This document shows, in pieces, positions 15,678-16,609 of a stretch of DNA of 16,609 bases. Each line of letters begins with the position of its first letter. Position 1 is the stretch's first letter. Source of the DNA: a candidate division WOR-3 bacterium (GTDB taxonomy: Bacteria > Hydrothermota > Hydrothermia > JBDRYB01); NCBI GenBank assembly GCA_049969615.1, contig JBMFOM010000035.1, forward strand, positions 1-16,609, read 5' to 3'. The notes below the pieces were generated by a model. That model worked only from the letters and a program-made list of their open reading frames with translations. It ran no database searches and was not told the origin of the DNA. The translations under genes and the position numbers were made by a program.

Positions 15678-16361
15678 GTGCTTCTTGCCCTGATCCTCTC
15701 CCAGGTCGTCCTAGAGCCTCACTGTGAGGTTTCAACGGGCATGTTCAGCAAAAACGAACAACGTCGCGGGGGCTGGGCTTTCTTTAAGGTTGGGGCTGAG
15801 GTCGTCAGGTTCAAAGGCGTGGGATTCGTAGCAGGGGGATGGGCAGGCGTCCTGACAAAGGAGGGCCAGGGCATAATCCAGTTCGCGCCGTGGTGGGCTG
15901 ATTACTGCGGCTACATAGGCCTAGAGAGGAATGATCTCGGCCTTCGGCTGGAGCACTCCTGTTTTCACAGGGTGGACACGGCTGTTGAACGTCCTCTATA
16001 CTGGAACTGCATAAGGCTATACTGGGAGGGAACCAAAGGGCCATTCTGGATGTTCCTATCCGGCGCATTCTACATAAACGACAAGGATGCGTATTGGCTC
16101 TCGGCTGGCGCTGACTACGCCAATGACCTGACTTGGGAAGCCGAATACAGCCCCCTGCCATATACATTCCTCAGGGTCTGGAACTTCACGGGCATAGGTC
16201 TGAACTACCGGCGATTTCATGTTGGAACCGAGATTGACGCTGGGGCCTTGTTCGTAAGGGATGACATAAGATTGCGCTTCTATCTGGGCTGGCGCCCCTA
16301 TGACCACAACGAGCACAGGCCCACGGAGGCGTTCCTAGCGGGTCTCAGGTTTGGGTTCTAG
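15678..16361 (+). CDS. Putative outer-membrane beta-barrel protein
   Basis: Short hydrophobic N-terminus MLLALILSQ, alternating aromatic/hydrophobic strands, C-terminal AFLAGLRFGF ending in Phe (BAM beta-signal-like). Confidence 0.7.
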   Translation: MLLALILSQVVLEPHCEVSTGMFSKNEQRRGGWAFFKVGAEVVRFKGVGFVAGGWAGVLTKEGQGIIQFAPWWADYCGYIGLERNDLGLRLEHSCFHRVDTAVERPLYWNCIRLYWEGTKGPFWMFLSGAFYINDKDAYWLSAGADYANDLTWEAEYSPLPYTFLRVWNFTGIGLNYRRFHVGTEIDAGALFVRDDIRLRFYLGWRPYDHNEHRPTEAFLAGLRFGF

Positions 16362-16510
16362 TCCGGGGATAAGAACCCCTACAAAATCCCGGTTTGTCAG
16401 CCTCATCATAGCCAGATGAGAACCCTTAAGTCCCAGAGCCATCAGCGCTTTCCCCGAACTCGTTGATGAACAAAGACTTAAGAGGGATTGAAAGTGGGTC
16501 GGGTGAGCGC

Positions 16511-16558
16511 TTGATCGGCTTGCCCCGATGGGTTTATAATTTTCAGACCAACGGAGGT
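16511..16558 (+). promoter_or_regulatory. Promoter and SD of the next gene
   Basis: TTGATC (16511-16516), 18 nt, TATAAT (16535-16540); GGAGGT (16553-16558). Confidence 0.6.
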
Positions 16559-16565
16559 TAAAGAG

Positions 16566-16609
16566 ATGTTTATCATAGTTTTACTATCCTTGGCCTTTAA
16601 GGCAGAGAC
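16566..16609 (+). CDS. 5' end of a probable exported protein (truncated by window edge)
   Basis: ATG 7 nt after GGAGGT; reads MFIIVLLSLAFKAE, open to the window end. Confidence 0.55.
   Translation, partial: MFIIVLLSLAFKAE

Noticed and set aside
218-16316. Numerous alternative-frame and antisense ORFs in the ORF track (e.g. 218-730, 7328-7792, 7579-8040, 11164-11670, 12410-12976, 13838-14263, 14737-15120)
   Set aside because: They overlap well-supported genes, have Ser/Pro/Arg-rich shadow composition and show no recognisable motifs.

Overview
Gene-dense bacterial chromosomal window, roughly mid-50s % GC by eye. Two T9SS-type C-terminal tails and atypically short signal peptides suggest an FCB-superphylum organism such as candidate phylum WOR-3 (inference). 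Housekeeping genes: thiE, argF, a phosphate butyryl/acetyltransferase, an NDP-sugar epimerase/decarboxylase, and yicC-gmk. Envelope/secreted genes: a DUF3108-like protein, an 8-blade FG-GAP/PQQ-like propeller with T9SS tail, a TPR lipoprotein, an S8 subtilase with T9SS tail, a small lipoprotein, a hypothetical exported protein and an outer-membrane barrel. There is also a signal-less beta-helix protein. The best candidate for a novel system is a divergent two-gene module: a TPR / SARP-type winged-helix / truncated-BTAD regulator faces the secreted propeller gene, whose promoter carries a SARP-like 11-bp-phased heptamer direct repeat in place of a -35. Window-wide patterns: 8 genes have TANNNT exactly 6 nt before the start codon (pervasive leaderless mRNAs), signal peptides are ultra-short and lack a basic n-region, Bacteroidota-type D(S/T)x O-glycosylation motifs are enriched in exported proteins, and a 25-bp TAAGT-N15-ACTTA motif recurs in intergenic DNA. 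No rRNA, tRNA, CRISPR array or mobile element was recognised.
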